DNA of 63,812 nt, the filler included, from Lama guanicoe (Eukaryota), in NCBI GenBank assembly GCA_013239625.1. It is 201 parts of 201 records of this genome, joined end to end, with 100 filler letters (N's around TTAATTAATTAA, not from the genome) between each part and the next. Parts side by side here need not be neighbours in the genome. Positions count along the whole stretch, not along the records: positions 36,567 to 36,784 come from PNXV01039401.1; positions 36,885 to 37,102 come from PNXV01039402.1; positions 37,203 to 37,420 come from PNXV01039403.1; positions 37,521 to 37,738 come from PNXV01039404.1; positions 37,839 to 38,056 come from PNXV01039405.1; positions 38,157 to 38,374 come from PNXV01039406.1; positions 38,475 to 38,692 come from PNXV01039407.1; positions 38,793 to 39,010 come from PNXV01039408.1; 193 more parts are not named here. One strand, written 5' to 3'. The position numbers and the translations under genes were made by a program. The notes below the pieces were generated by a model. It did no database searches, had not been told where the DNA came from, and was given only the letters and a program-made list of their open reading frames with translations. Within the stretch, counting starts at the first letter, position 1, and each line of letters starts with the position of its first letter. Below are positions 36,567 to 49,170 of the stretch, one piece after another.

Positions 36567-36784
36567 TTTCCTGTTTCTGCTCTGCCTTTGAACCCTTTCT
36601 TTCTCTGCAGTTTGATGGAGGTCTTTTCTGTTTGCTAGGTGGGGTGCTGCCTGATTCAGGCATAATGTAATAAATCCAATTAGATCTTCAGATTTACTCT
36701 GTTGAATTTTTATTTAGCAGAGTTGGTGGCAGCGATGGGATTGGAAGTGAAACTTGGTGGCATTTGGGGACGAGAAAGACAGGC
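36567..36784 (+). mobile_element. ERV 5' LTR end plus tRNA-Leu primer-binding site
   Basis: AATAAA at 36669-36674 and LTR end ..tttagCA at 36719. TGGTGGCAGCGATGGGAT (36724-36741) is 17/18 complementary to the tRNA-Leu(AAG) 3' end ATCCCACCGCTGCCACCA. Confidence 0.82.
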
Positions 36785-37269
36785 NNNNNNNNNNNNNNNN
36801 NNNNNNNNNNNNNNNNNNNNNNNNNNNNTTAATTAATTAANNNNNNNNNNNNNNNNNNNNNNNNNNNNNNNNNNNNNNNNNNNNAGGTGGCTATGATGTC
36901 GACGTTGGCAGTGGTCAAGTGAGACAGAGAATCACGGGCTAAGCACGGGAACTTAGTTTCTCTCAAGGAGGTAATGAGGCCATAAAATTGGTAAGCAAGA
37001 GAGAGGCATGCTCGTATCTGTGCTGAGTAGAAATTGCTTGGACAGACTGACATAAGCAAAAGTGGCCAAAGGTCATGCAGGGAGGGGCTCTCTGCATTTC
37101 CCNNNNNNNNNNNNNNNNNNNNNNNNNNNNNNNNNNNNNNNNNNNNTTAATTAATTAANNNNNNNNNNNNNNNNNNNNNNNNNNNNNNNNNNNNNNNNNN
37201 NNATTGCCAGGGAAAGGTAAAATCAGGGCCCCCACGTCTTTGTGTCCCTTGCTGCTTGTTTGCAGGAAA

Positions 37270-37420
37270 CAAGGAACGTGTCAGAGAGGAAAGCGTTGTC
37301 CCCTCACCCGTCTGCTGGCCGGTCTGAGAATTAAACCGACATGAGGCGGATCAACAGGAGAAAGTCACACTGAAGTTTAATGACGTGGGATACATGGGGG
37401 AGACCCAGGAGAGACCAGTG
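37270..37420 (-). mobile_element. ERV1-class LTR 3' part
   Basis: tctgagaattaaaccgacatgaggcggatcaacaggagaaa..aagtttaat, antisense LTR R/U5 pattern. Confidence 0.5.
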
Positions 37421-38474
37421 NNNNNNNNNNNNNNNNNNNNNNNNNNNNNNNNNNNNNNNNNNNNTTAATTAATTAANNNNNNNNNNNNNNNNNNNNNNNN
37501 NNNNNNNNNNNNNNNNNNNNTCTACTTGCTGGTAAATCTCAAAGAGATCCATAGCCACTTTTTTTGGAGCTCCTTAGAGAAAAAAGCAGCAGGAAGGAGA
37601 GAGATACTTTGGTAGCCTGCATTCATTGGAACTAGGAAGCAGGGACAGAAAGGATAGGCGAGCAAGAAACCCCAGACCGGGCGCCCATTGACTCTGAGAA
37701 GCACACTTACCATCACACTAGATGTGGCGGAGTCTTTGNNNNNNNNNNNNNNNNNNNNNNNNNNNNNNNNNNNNNNNNNNNNTTAATTAATTAANNNNNN
37801 NNNNNNNNNNNNNNNNNNNNNNNNNNNNNNNNNNNNNNTAACATAAAATATGTAGTAAAATAAGAAAAGACAATAACAAGCAATCAATGAAAACCCAAAG
37901 ACACTCAACAAAGTATCTGGATAATGTATGTGATAAAGAGATACTTTTTTAGTCACTAGGGGAAAAGATTGCTTATTTTTAAAATTAAGCAGCTGGTATA
38001 CCACTACAGACAAGTTTAGATGCTCACTTCACAATATACACCAAAAAATTTTCTGANNNNNNNNNNNNNNNNNNNNNNNNNNNNNNNNNNNNNNNNNNNN
38101 TTAATTAATTAANNNNNNNNNNNNNNNNNNNNNNNNNNNNNNNNNNNNNNNNNNNNCAACCTTTGACATGACAGAATTGTGTTGGATGTTATGTCATGAA
38201 AGGAACATTTAATAGATTCTTAGGATAAAGAGAATGGTCTGAATGAAGGAAACTTTTTGGAGACATAGTATTACATAACTGAGGGTACTGTTTAGTTTTA
38301 TTTCCCCCCCTTAGGATGACTTGTGTCATTAAATGCAGATCATGCAACTCTTAGGCTGTTAACATGGATTTTTTNNNNNNNNNNNNNNNNNNNNNNNNNN
38401 NNNNNNNNNNNNNNNNNNTTAATTAATTAANNNNNNNNNNNNNNNNNNNNNNNNNNNNNNNNNNNNNNNNNNNN

Positions 38475-38692
38475 AACACTACCTGACACTGATCTTGGCA
38501 ACAATTTTTCTGGATATGACACCAAAAGTACAGGCAATAAAAGCAAAAATCAACCAGTGGACCTACGTCAAACTAAAAGGCTTTTACTCTGCAAAGGAAA
38601 CAAACAACAAAATGAAAAGTCAACCTCCAAGATGGGAGAAAGTATCTGCAAGATATGTATCTAATAAAGCATTAATATTCAAAATATTTTTT
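38475..38692 (+). mobile_element. L1 ORF2 C-terminal region
   Basis: DMTPKVQAIKAKINQWTYVKLKGFYSAKETNNKMKSQPPRWEKVSARYVSNKALIFKI matches L1 KAKI.KWD.IKLKSFCTAKET..WEKIFA. Confidence 0.95.
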
Positions 38693-39746
38693 NNNNNNNN
38701 NNNNNNNNNNNNNNNNNNNNNNNNNNNNNNNNNNNNTTAATTAATTAANNNNNNNNNNNNNNNNNNNNNNNNNNNNNNNNNNNNNNNNNNNNGGATTCGT
38801 TAGTAATCGACCCTAATAAAGCTTTATTCTTTCTCTATATCTTTTATATACGACTTGTGAGATTGGTTCAGGGGGTTGAAAAAAAGGGCCACTGTATTTA
38901 AATACAGTTAATCTTAGAAATAATTGCTGAATAATTCCCTACAGAATGAATTGCTATTTGTTATCTTTATTAGAAAGTTAAAATGTATGCTCAGCATTTA
39001 AACTTGGGGGNNNNNNNNNNNNNNNNNNNNNNNNNNNNNNNNNNNNNNNNNNNNTTAATTAATTAANNNNNNNNNNNNNNNNNNNNNNNNNNNNNNNNNN
39101 NNNNNNNNNNTTTCTTGGCCTCATTATGCATTTGCCATATGTTCTTCTGTCCATTCTGCATGCTCTGTGTCTTTTCTCTCTCGGGTGCACATTCGAAAAT
39201 GAGCAGACGCTACAGGCCTGCTGCTTTCACAGCTTCATATGTATTCGGTCTTTTAGGAAATGGAAACCCACAGGCTTTAAAGGCCCGAAGCAGTGACCAC
39301 AACTGTACCTTGAACGGGATATGTCAATNNNNNNNNNNNNNNNNNNNNNNNNNNNNNNNNNNNNNNNNNNNNTTAATTAATTAANNNNNNNNNNNNNNNN
39401 NNNNNNNNNNNNNNNNNNNNNNNNNNNNGAGGAAACAGCTAATACCTAAAATATAAATTCATTTTAATCAGAATCTGGATGACCAATGGGATAGCCAGCG
39501 TGATTTAATAAAAGTTCTGGCTTATTATTTATTTCAGTATATTTTTAAGAAGCTCAAGTCCTGGAGCTCCCACTGGTGGCGGGCCAGCTCCTTCCTAGCC
39601 AGGATCTCCCGGAAGGCATCCTGGGTGACGGTGGTCGCTTGGTACCNNNNNNNNNNNNNNNNNNNNNNNNNNNNNNNNNNNNNNNNNNNNTTAATTAATT
39701 AANNNNNNNNNNNNNNNNNNNNNNNNNNNNNNNNNNNNNNNNNNNN

Positions 39747-39963
39747 GAGTCTATTTCTGTCCTGTATTTACGCTTTGTTTTTTGTTTGTTTGTTTTTGTT
39801 TTTGTTTTTTGAATTCCACATATGAGCGATCTCATATGGTATTTTTCCTTCTTCTTCTGGCTTGCTTCTCTTAGGATGACATTCTCCAGGAGCATGCATG
39901 TTGCTGCAAATGGTGTTATGTTATCAGTTTTTATGGCTGAGTAGTATTCCATTGTATAAATAT
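39747..39963 (-). mobile_element. Young (camelid-type) L1 ORF2 end / 3'UTR
   Basis: Minus strand MEYYSAIKTDNITPFAATCMLLENVILREASQKKKEKYHMRSLICGI is the L1 ORF2 terminus and downstream region. Confidence 0.93.
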
Positions 39964-42900
39964 NNNNNNNNNNNNNNNNNNNNNNNNNNNNNNNNNNNNN
40001 NNNNNNNTTAATTAATTAANNNNNNNNNNNNNNNNNNNNNNNNNNNNNNNNNNNNNNNNNNNNTCACTTGAGTCAATAAGGAGGGAAAATGCTCAAAGGT
40101 AACCTGGAGACTTCTGGAGCTGATCCTACTCCTTAAGTCTTTTGAGAAGTTCTCTCTGAATACAGGCCCAGGCAGTCGCAGACCAGGGCCAGGTCCCGCC
40201 GCACGTCCACCGCAGGCGCGCTGCAGGACAGTCCCGCCGCCCAGGATGCCCCAGGGGCGCCCTGGAGGGAGGGCTGTGAGCNNNNNNNNNNNNNNNNNNN
40301 NNNNNNNNNNNNNNNNNNNNNNNNNTTAATTAATTAANNNNNNNNNNNNNNNNNNNNNNNNNNNNNNNNNNNNNNNNNNNNACAGCAACATTGGAGGTGA
40401 ATATTGCTCACAGACACACGTGGGACATTCTTAAAACCTCCGCATATCCCATCCACGACAGTGTGCGCACGATCGGACCCATAAGACGCCGTCCACATCG
40501 GGGGCTTCCAACTGACGTCACTGCGCTGTGGAGAAGGTACGTCTCCTTTCCCCAAGTTCTCTTCCTACGGAGGCTGAGCAGTGGCCCCGGGGGTGTCGCN
40601 NNNNNNNNNNNNNNNNNNNNNNNNNNNNNNNNNNNNNNNNNNNTTAATTAATTAANNNNNNNNNNNNNNNNNNNNNNNNNNNNNNNNNNNNNNNNNNNNT
40701 GAACCATTTACTTGGAGCTTCATGTTGGTAGTCACAGTGGAGTTCACCCGTTTTTCCTTCTCAAATTCTGAGGCTGTCTCCAAATTGCAATGCAAGTTTC
40801 AAACCTGATTTAAGTATACTTCGTTCAAAACAGTGCTCTGAGATTGGTCAGTTATCCACAACTAGCTGAAGATTAATTAAAGGTTGTGTTAAATCCCAGG
40901 CTGCTTGTGAGGGAAACNNNNNNNNNNNNNNNNNNNNNNNNNNNNNNNNNNNNNNNNNNNNTTAATTAATTAANNNNNNNNNNNNNNNNNNNNNNNNNNN
41001 NNNNNNNNNNNNNNNNNTGGAAGGAGAGATCTACAAGGGGTATATTTTTAAGGCAAAAGGGGTATATCTGGAGAACTATGGTAGCCAGTTGAAAGTCATA
41101 CTAAGGAAATTTGACTTATTCTAAATGCAGTGACAGTCACAAAACGTATCTGAGACATGCAGAGCTTGTTTCTGAGAAATGTTACTTCAGGGAGAGAGTT
41201 CTTCAGATTAGAGTACCATATTACTCAGAGAAGCANNNNNNNNNNNNNNNNNNNNNNNNNNNNNNNNNNNNNNNNNNNNTTAATTAATTAANNNNNNNNN
41301 NNNNNNNNNNNNNNNNNNNNNNNNNNNNNNNNNNNGTACCTTAAAAAGTTCTGAAAACCCATCTTCAATATGAAAAGCTACCATGCATTGGCTCTAACGT
41401 GGTACATTCAGGCTCTTCAGTGTGTTGACTGTCTCCCTGAGTCATGCAGCCTGAGCAGAGGAACCTTTCTCCAGGCTCTATATGTCATGATGATGAATTT
41501 TACGTCAAAAGCCAAACTCAGGAAAACGGAGAGTAAGTGTTGGTTGCCAGGGGNNNNNNNNNNNNNNNNNNNNNNNNNNNNNNNNNNNNNNNNNNNNTTA
41601 ATTAATTAANNNNNNNNNNNNNNNNNNNNNNNNNNNNNNNNNNNNNNNNNNNNGTCAGAGTTAGGGAGACTGATACCAGGTTTTCAGTTCAGGGTCAGGC
41701 AGTATAAGACACTTACAGAAGCTGAACGTGTGCGAAACCGGAGAATACTGAGGAGTTCATTATAATTTGTGACTTCAGGTGGCAAGAAAGGAAAGGTGCC
41801 TGCAGGTTATACCCAGTGATATGGTTTATAGTAGATAAAGACAAGAATGTAAGGAAACAAAGAAGACATATNNNNNNNNNNNNNNNNNNNNNNNNNNNNN
41901 NNNNNNNNNNNNNNNTTAATTAATTAANNNNNNNNNNNNNNNNNNNNNNNNNNNNNNNNNNNNNNNNNNNNCAGATGGTCAGAATGGATGGGGGACTCCC
42001 AGATGGTCCAGTTCTCTGGGAATGGCCAGGGTGCTGGGATGTATGCAGGACTCCAGACCTGGCCAGCCCTTCAGGCTGATGAGGACGAGGAGAAGGAGAA
42101 GGAGAAGGGCATCTCAGAAGAGGCGGAGGAGGAGGAGCCAGGTGAGAGCATGTGGGACTTGCGGTCCAAGTGCTTCACTGCCATAGACANNNNNNNNNNN
42201 NNNNNNNNNNNNNNNNNNNNNNNNNNNNNNNNNTTAATTAATTAANNNNNNNNNNNNNNNNNNNNNNNNNNNNNNNNNNNNNNNNNNNNCCCCAAGCAGA
42301 GACAATGTTTCTTGAATCCTGAGGGTGGGGAGGTTCCAACATTCGGCAGCACGAGTATTCTAACGGAATGCCTTAGCCCGTGTCCCCTGAGGGTTTTCCT
42401 TATGTCTGGCTGCCAGGAAATGCTGGGGTTCTGCGCTGCCATGCCCAGTGTCAGCGGCTGCCTCCTCAAGGCCAGGGAAGATGTTTCTCGGACTTCCCTC
42501 TAACTGGNNNNNNNNNNNNNNNNNNNNNNNNNNNNNNNNNNNNNNNNNNNNTTAATTAATTAANNNNNNNNNNNNNNNNNNNNNNNNNNNNNNNNNNNNN
42601 NNNNNNNAGACTACCGCACACTTTTACCAAAATAACATTTTCCGTATGGAACATACGCTTAGACACTGAAAGCAAAGGGCACTCAGACATTAGAGAAAAC
42701 AGTATTTGCTCTGAGAGCAAGCTGCCTCCTCTTTGTTTTTACTCCTCCGAAGGCTTGTGTGCTGATATTTAACTGTAGCTTTCATAACTCATCAGCACCA
42801 TTCTCTCTAACTTCTTGAATTTCAANNNNNNNNNNNNNNNNNNNNNNNNNNNNNNNNNNNNNNNNNNNNTTAATTAATTAANNNNNNNNNNNNNNNNNNN

Positions 42901-43245
42901 NNNNNNNNNNNNNNNNNNNNNNNNNCAAAACCATTTGATATAATTTATATATAATCCCAATAAAAATCCAAGAATTATACAATATCTGACCAAGCCATTA
43001 TATTCAATACATAAATATTTGTCTATACCATTAAAATAAGAACAAGAAAATATCTGCCTGAAATACTTTTGTATAATATTTTGAAAGTACACTCAATGGA
43101 ATTATATTGTAAAAGAACATATGTAGGGAAGAGTTGATGGAAANNNNNNNNNNNNNNNNNNNNNNNNNNNNNNNNNNNNNNNNNNNNTTAATTAATTAAN
43201 NNNNNNNNNNNNNNNNNNNNNNNNNNNNNNNNNNNNNNNNNNNCC

Positions 43246-43461
43246 TGGGAAGATGTCCGCCAGCTGCTTCTGACTCTTTTCAATACAGAGGAAAGGAGAC
43301 GCATTCTCACTGAAGCACGAAAATGGCTGCAGGGCCCAGCACCTGGGGACACAATGGATGTTGAAGTGTGGGCCATGACACGTGCCCCTGACACCAGACC
43401 ACATTGGGACTTTAATACCCAAGAAGGAAGAGAAGCACTACGTGAAAACTGGGAGGCCATC
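43246..43461 (+). mobile_element. Gammaretrovirus-type ERV gag capsid (p30) segment, 72 open codons
   Basis: WEDVRQLLLTLFNTEERRRILTEARKWLQGPAPGDTMDVEVWAMTRAPDTRPHWDFNTQEGREALRENWEAI aligns to MLV CA WDDCQQLL.TL.T.EEKQRVL.EARK...P..RPDWDY.T..GR..L. No stop or frameshift. Confidence 0.92.
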
Positions 43462-45479
43462 NNNNNNNNNNNNNNNNNNNNNNNNNNNNNNNNNNNNNNN
43501 NNNNNTTAATTAATTAANNNNNNNNNNNNNNNNNNNNNNNNNNNNNNNNNNNNNNNNNNNNCTTTTTCACTGTAAAATCGATTTGGAGCGTGTGCCTCCC
43601 CTATATATGTATGGTGTATAGTTGGCAAATTAAAAGAAACTTTGTGTTCCATTCAAACAAGGTGAATGTCGGCTTTCACACACATTTTCTATCAAAACTG
43701 AGCATGTGGAAAGACGTTCGTTCATCCAGCACAAACGAAACGTGTTGCAGGAGAAACACTTACTCTGGTTTCTCAGTCNNNNNNNNNNNNNNNNNNNNNN
43801 NNNNNNNNNNNNNNNNNNNNNNTTAATTAATTAANNNNNNNNNNNNNNNNNNNNNNNNNNNNNNNNNNNNNNNNNNNNCCTGTATGCTCACCTCTATTCC
43901 AGCCGTAATGACGCGGGGCAGCCGGTCTGGCCCCACTGCACCCAGATTCCTGGGCGATTTTAAGAGCTCAACCCTGCTTAGCCTTCAAGAGAAATGGTAC
44001 CCCTAGAGCCTATGGGGGGCCTGTCTAGGCCAGTTGAGCAGTCAAAAAGCCAAGAATGGAGTGTGGGGAGCTGGGGTGGTGGCCTGTGGGTTAGTANNNN
44101 NNNNNNNNNNNNNNNNNNNNNNNNNNNNNNNNNNNNNNNNTTAATTAATTAANNNNNNNNNNNNNNNNNNNNNNNNNNNNNNNNNNNNNNNNNNNNTCCA
44201 CTAAACACAGTATTTGATCCTAGAGGATATTTTTAATTCTTTCAACGTACAAATCTTTACTGGTATGAACTAGGGTTTAGCCTGAGGATACGTTAAGTTT
44301 TTAAATGTTCGAGCTACTCTCGTTTCACACGTTTGTAAATTAAATGCTAATCCATTTCATGAGACTAGCATAGCCTGAAATGTGGAAATCGATGGTAATA
44401 GAATATTTATTTAANNNNNNNNNNNNNNNNNNNNNNNNNNNNNNNNNNNNNNNNNNNNTTAATTAATTAANNNNNNNNNNNNNNNNNNNNNNNNNNNNNN
44501 NNNNNNNNNNNNNNTAAATGTAGTTGTCTTCCCCGTTTCCAATCAGGCAGGTTTATCATTTCCGAAAGTCATTTTCTCACAGCCTCAAGTCATCTCATTT
44601 TTGTTCTTATCATTCTGTAAACTTTTCCTCATTACTCTACTGATGTCACCTTCAGTATTATCTTGAAAATAAAATTTTAAAATCTTGCTAAATCTCTGAT
44701 CTTCCCACAGAGAAGGAAATGTAATTGCTTTGNNNNNNNNNNNNNNNNNNNNNNNNNNNNNNNNNNNNNNNNNNNNTTAATTAATTAANNNNNNNNNNNN
44801 NNNNNNNNNNNNNNNNNNNNNNNNNNNNNNNNTGATAAATACTACTATACGTATATACATTTCTAGATTCTGCTTATTATTATAATTTAGTAGGGACGAT
44901 TAATGAATGGACTGTGATTTCATTTACTTCTCCTTGGTTAATTTGCTCACTTTCTTATTATCAACTCAAATGCTTCTCCTCAGTTAAGACAAATGCTCTG
45001 TCAAAACTAAAATATTTATTGGATTCTTAATGAACACTGTGAAGTATTCTNNNNNNNNNNNNNNNNNNNNNNNNNNNNNNNNNNNNNNNNNNNNTTAATT
45101 AATTAANNNNNNNNNNNNNNNNNNNNNNNNNNNNNNNNNNNNNNNNNNNNCAAAATTAGGTGGCAAAAAAATGCTTAGAAATACAGCAATCAACATTACT
45201 TTGGAATAATGCCATCTGTGGCTATAACCTGGTGAGACAGCGTCCTCCCCAAGGTTTGCCTTGAGTCGCCAGTTCTGCTGAACTGTGTGGCTAGATAAAT
45301 TACCAATTTTCCCCTTTGCCCAGCCCGTTTCTAAATACTTTTCTTAACAGGACATTAAAAAAAATTTTNNNNNNNNNNNNNNNNNNNNNNNNNNNNNNNN
45401 NNNNNNNNNNNNTTAATTAATTAANNNNNNNNNNNNNNNNNNNNNNNNNNNNNNNNNNNNNNNNNNNNATAAAATCTGG

Positions 45480-45686
45480 ACACCCTAACAATAGACTTCC
45501 TGGTAACCTATGCAAAGCGCTCAGACACCCAATGAAATGTAAACTGTGACTGTATCTTCTAACCATAATTTTAGACAAAAAACTGAGGTGATGATTCTAA
45601 ATTCTCCTCTTCTTGCTAATGAAAACCTCTGACTTTAACCCCTCAGTGGGACAAAGTTTAGGTTGCTACCTGAATCTGTGCTCCCT
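45480..45686 (+). mobile_element. ERV1-class LTR fragment
   Basis: aaaacctctgactttaacccc..tttaggttgct.cctgaatctgtgctccc, LTR U3/R pattern. Confidence 0.55.
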
Positions 45687-45786
45687 NNNNNNNNNNNNNN
45701 NNNNNNNNNNNNNNNNNNNNNNNNNNNNNNTTAATTAATTAANNNNNNNNNNNNNNNNNNNNNNNNNNNNNNNNNNNNNNNNNNNN

Positions 45787-46004
45787 TCCTCCTCTGCCCA
45801 AAACCTTTCAAAGGCTTTCTTTTTCCCTCAGTGTAAAAACATGAAGACTCTTCATCACCCAGCTCCACTCATCTCTCTGAAATCCCTTCCTACCATAATA
45901 CTCAAAGCTTCAGCCAGACAGGCGTACTTGCTATTCGTTATTCTCCAAGACATCCCTACCATTAAGCCTTTGTATTTTCCCTCCAGATTTCCTCAGGGCT
46001 AATT
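45787..46004 (+). mobile_element. L2 fragment
   Basis: tcctcctctgcccaaaaccttt.aa.ggctt..cttcagcca.acagg..tacttgcta..aagcctttgta. Confidence 0.65.
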
Positions 46005-46459
46005 NNNNNNNNNNNNNNNNNNNNNNNNNNNNNNNNNNNNNNNNNNNNTTAATTAATTAANNNNNNNNNNNNNNNNNNNNNNNNNNNNNNNNNNNNNNNN
46101 NNNNCAGTCTTTGATTGCCTTCCCACAGAACATGTCATCCTAACCCATATCACGTCTATGATACCATATTGTTTTATTTAATATGTTCTGGGTTGTTTAA
46201 CTGACTGCTTTCTCCAGCGGGCTGAGGTCAAAACCCGCAACTCTAAGATCATAATGGATTAGGATAAAGATCCAAGGTAACAGCTGATCTTTCTCAAGTA
46301 ATGACATATTTTCTGAACAAAANNNNNNNNNNNNNNNNNNNNNNNNNNNNNNNNNNNNNNNNNNNNTTAATTAATTAANNNNNNNNNNNNNNNNNNNNNN
46401 NNNNNNNNNNNNNNNNNNNNNNTAGATTTGACAGATTTTATCACGTTCTCAAAATAAAA

Positions 46460-46640
46460 ATTTATTATTTTGTATTATTTTTTAATGGAAGTGCGGCAGT
46501 TCCAATGTGTCAATCTCTGGTGCACAGCACCATGTCCCAGTCATGCACATACATACATCTATTTGTTTTCACATTCTTTTCCATTGAAGGTTATTACAAG
46601 GTCCTGAATTTAGTTCTCCATACTCTACAGAAGAAATTTG
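46460..46640 (-). mobile_element. L1 extreme 3' end (artiodactyl/camelid type)
   Basis: caatgtgtcaatctctggtgcacagca..gtcccagtcatgcacatacatacat..aggttattacaag.t.ctgaat.tagttc.cc.t.ct.tacagaagaaatttg. Confidence 0.85.
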
Positions 46641-47376
46641 NNNNNNNNNNNNNNNNNNNNNNNNNNNNNNNNNNNNNNNNNNNNTTAATTAATTAANNNN
46701 NNNNNNNNNNNNNNNNNNNNNNNNNNNNNNNNNNNNNNNNCCCTCACCATTCTGAAGCTCCCCTTTCAAGTTCAGCAGCTCCTGGGACAACTCGGAATCT
46801 GTTCAGGATGGGGGTGGAAAAGGAAAACCTTCCAATTGCCCTAATTCTGCAGCCTTGGGAGCCAGACTTGACCTCTCCAGCTCCCGAGGACCCCTCCACA
46901 CTGCCCCGACCCCTGCCCCAGTCACCAAAAACTCAAAACACTCACTCTTCATCAGGACNNNNNNNNNNNNNNNNNNNNNNNNNNNNNNNNNNNNNNNNNN
47001 NNTTAATTAATTAANNNNNNNNNNNNNNNNNNNNNNNNNNNNNNNNNNNNNNNNNNNNAGGGGATGTTATCAGTACACACACACTAGACACCGACTCACA
47101 CACACTCACTCACACACTCAGACATTAGAGGGGTGATGCTAAATGCTGAGGGGACAGGGAACCTAGGTGGGGGTGGGGGGTCATGGGGGTGCTCTCAGCC
47201 TCCCTTAATCCTGAAAACCATGCAAATACGACCACAAAAGGAAAGGTTTTTAAAACAATAATCATCCACAAATAACNNNNNNNNNNNNNNNNNNNNNNNN
47301 NNNNNNNNNNNNNNNNNNNNTTAATTAATTAANNNNNNNNNNNNNNNNNNNNNNNNNNNNNNNNNNNNNNNNNNNN

Positions 47377-47456
47377 AAACCTTTCTCTGCTCCAAACTTC
47401 AATGTTTCTGTTTGGCCTTATGGTGCGGCAGGTACATGAACTTACCTTTGGTAACA
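47377..47456 (+). mobile_element. ERV1-class LTR 3' terminus
   Basis: aaacctttctctgctccaaact..aatgttt..gtttggcct...gaactt..tttggtaaCA; followed by older LTR-like sequence. Confidence 0.7.
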
Positions 47457-47694
47457 ATGTGACTAACTCTGACCAATGGGATTTGAACAGAAGGGTCACA
47501 TGAGAGCTGTTGGAAAACTTCCTTAAGATACAGTTGGCACCACTGCCTTTTTTCCTTTTCAGAGTTCCCTTCATCTTGCTCTCTGGAGTACAGANNNNNN
47601 NNNNNNNNNNNNNNNNNNNNNNNNNNNNNNNNNNNNNNTTAATTAATTAANNNNNNNNNNNNNNNNNNNNNNNNNNNNNNNNNNNNNNNNNNNN

Positions 47695-47870
47695 AGGGCA
47701 CCCAGGTGAATTTCAACTTCAAATAAACAAGAGATTTTTTTTTAAAAAAAGTAAGTATGCCCCAAATATTACATGGGACATACTTGTACTAAAAGGCAGC
47801 CATAGCTTATTTGAAATTCAAATTTAACTGACCACCTTGCATTTCTACTCACCAAATTTATCAGCCCTAC
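47695..47870. mobile_element. MER53 palindromic MITE (second copy)
   Basis: cacccagg.gaatttcaa.ttcaaataaacaa..gtaagtatgccccaaatattacatgggacatacttgtactaaaa..ttatttgaaattcaaatttaactg. Confidence 0.88.
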
Positions 47871-48966
47871 TTGTTAGTTTCCGTGACTGAAAATGGAGAT
47901 CACGTAGAAGCCNNNNNNNNNNNNNNNNNNNNNNNNNNNNNNNNNNNNNNNNNNNNTTAATTAATTAANNNNNNNNNNNNNNNNNNNNNNNNNNNNNNNN
48001 NNNNNNNNNNNNTGCAAATGCTTGGTGTGCACGTGTATTTATGGGAGAGGAACCATGACTTTCATTAGATACTCAGATGATTATAATAACATGGAGGAAC
48101 ATAACAGTAAAGGAAGCAGAGATACGCCCAAGAACTTGCCCCCACCTTCAGAAGTTCCCTGTCTTCCGGTGAGTAGGTATCAGATAGCAGGGTATATTCT
48201 GAGGAAAGAGAGACAGACAGACAGACAGACNNNNNNNNNNNNNNNNNNNNNNNNNNNNNNNNNNNNNNNNNNNNTTAATTAATTAANNNNNNNNNNNNNN
48301 NNNNNNNNNNNNNNNNNNNNNNNNNNNNNNGCTTCCAGCTGAGCTGAGTGGCTTTGGGTTAAGCAGTGAGCAGGCAAGAGAACAGCAGGTGTGGAGGGGG
48401 CAGCACCAGGGTGGGTGGTGAGCACCCTGGTTGCCAATCCCCCCCGGAAGGCTGATCTTGTGGCCGGGCCAGATCGGACTGGTGCCGACACCTCCCACCA
48501 CCCCTCTACTAGTCTCATTCCTTTACGTTTTGGAAAAACTCCCAGTGTNNNNNNNNNNNNNNNNNNNNNNNNNNNNNNNNNNNNNNNNNNNNTTAATTAA
48601 TTAANNNNNNNNNNNNNNNNNNNNNNNNNNNNNNNNNNNNNNNNNNNNAAAAAATATAAGACTTTAAGTCATTTCAGCTGTGCTATTCACCACTCTCCTC
48701 CATGTTCATTCTTGTAATTACATGTCTTGCTGTCTGGCAAGCCTATTTTGTTTTATTATTTTGCTTTTTTTTACTCCTTCAGAATACTAAAATTCTGATG
48801 AATTAGGCTTGGAGAAATTGAATATCATTGCTTGCCTTCTACAAACCGTGTTCTTCAGTAATCACTNNNNNNNNNNNNNNNNNNNNNNNNNNNNNNNNNN
48901 NNNNNNNNNNTTAATTAATTAANNNNNNNNNNNNNNNNNNNNNNNNNNNNNNNNNNNNNNNNNNNN

Positions 48967-49170
48967 GGCTATTGTATATAGTGCCACTATGAGCATTGGG
49001 GTGCATGTATCTTTTCAAATTAGAGTTCCCTCCAGTTATATGCCCAGGAGTGGGATCATAGGATCATATAGTAAGTCTATTTTTAGTTTTTTAAGGAATC
49101 TGAATACTGTTTTCCATAATGGCTGCACCAGACTACATTCCCACCAGCACTGTAGAAGGGTTCCCTTTAG
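48967..49170 (-). mobile_element. L1 ORF2 3' fragment
   Basis: ggctattgta.atagtgc..ctatga.cattggggtgcatgtatcttttc.aatt..tatatgcccaggagtgggat..tactgttttccataatggctgcacca..tacattcccacca. Confidence 0.95.
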
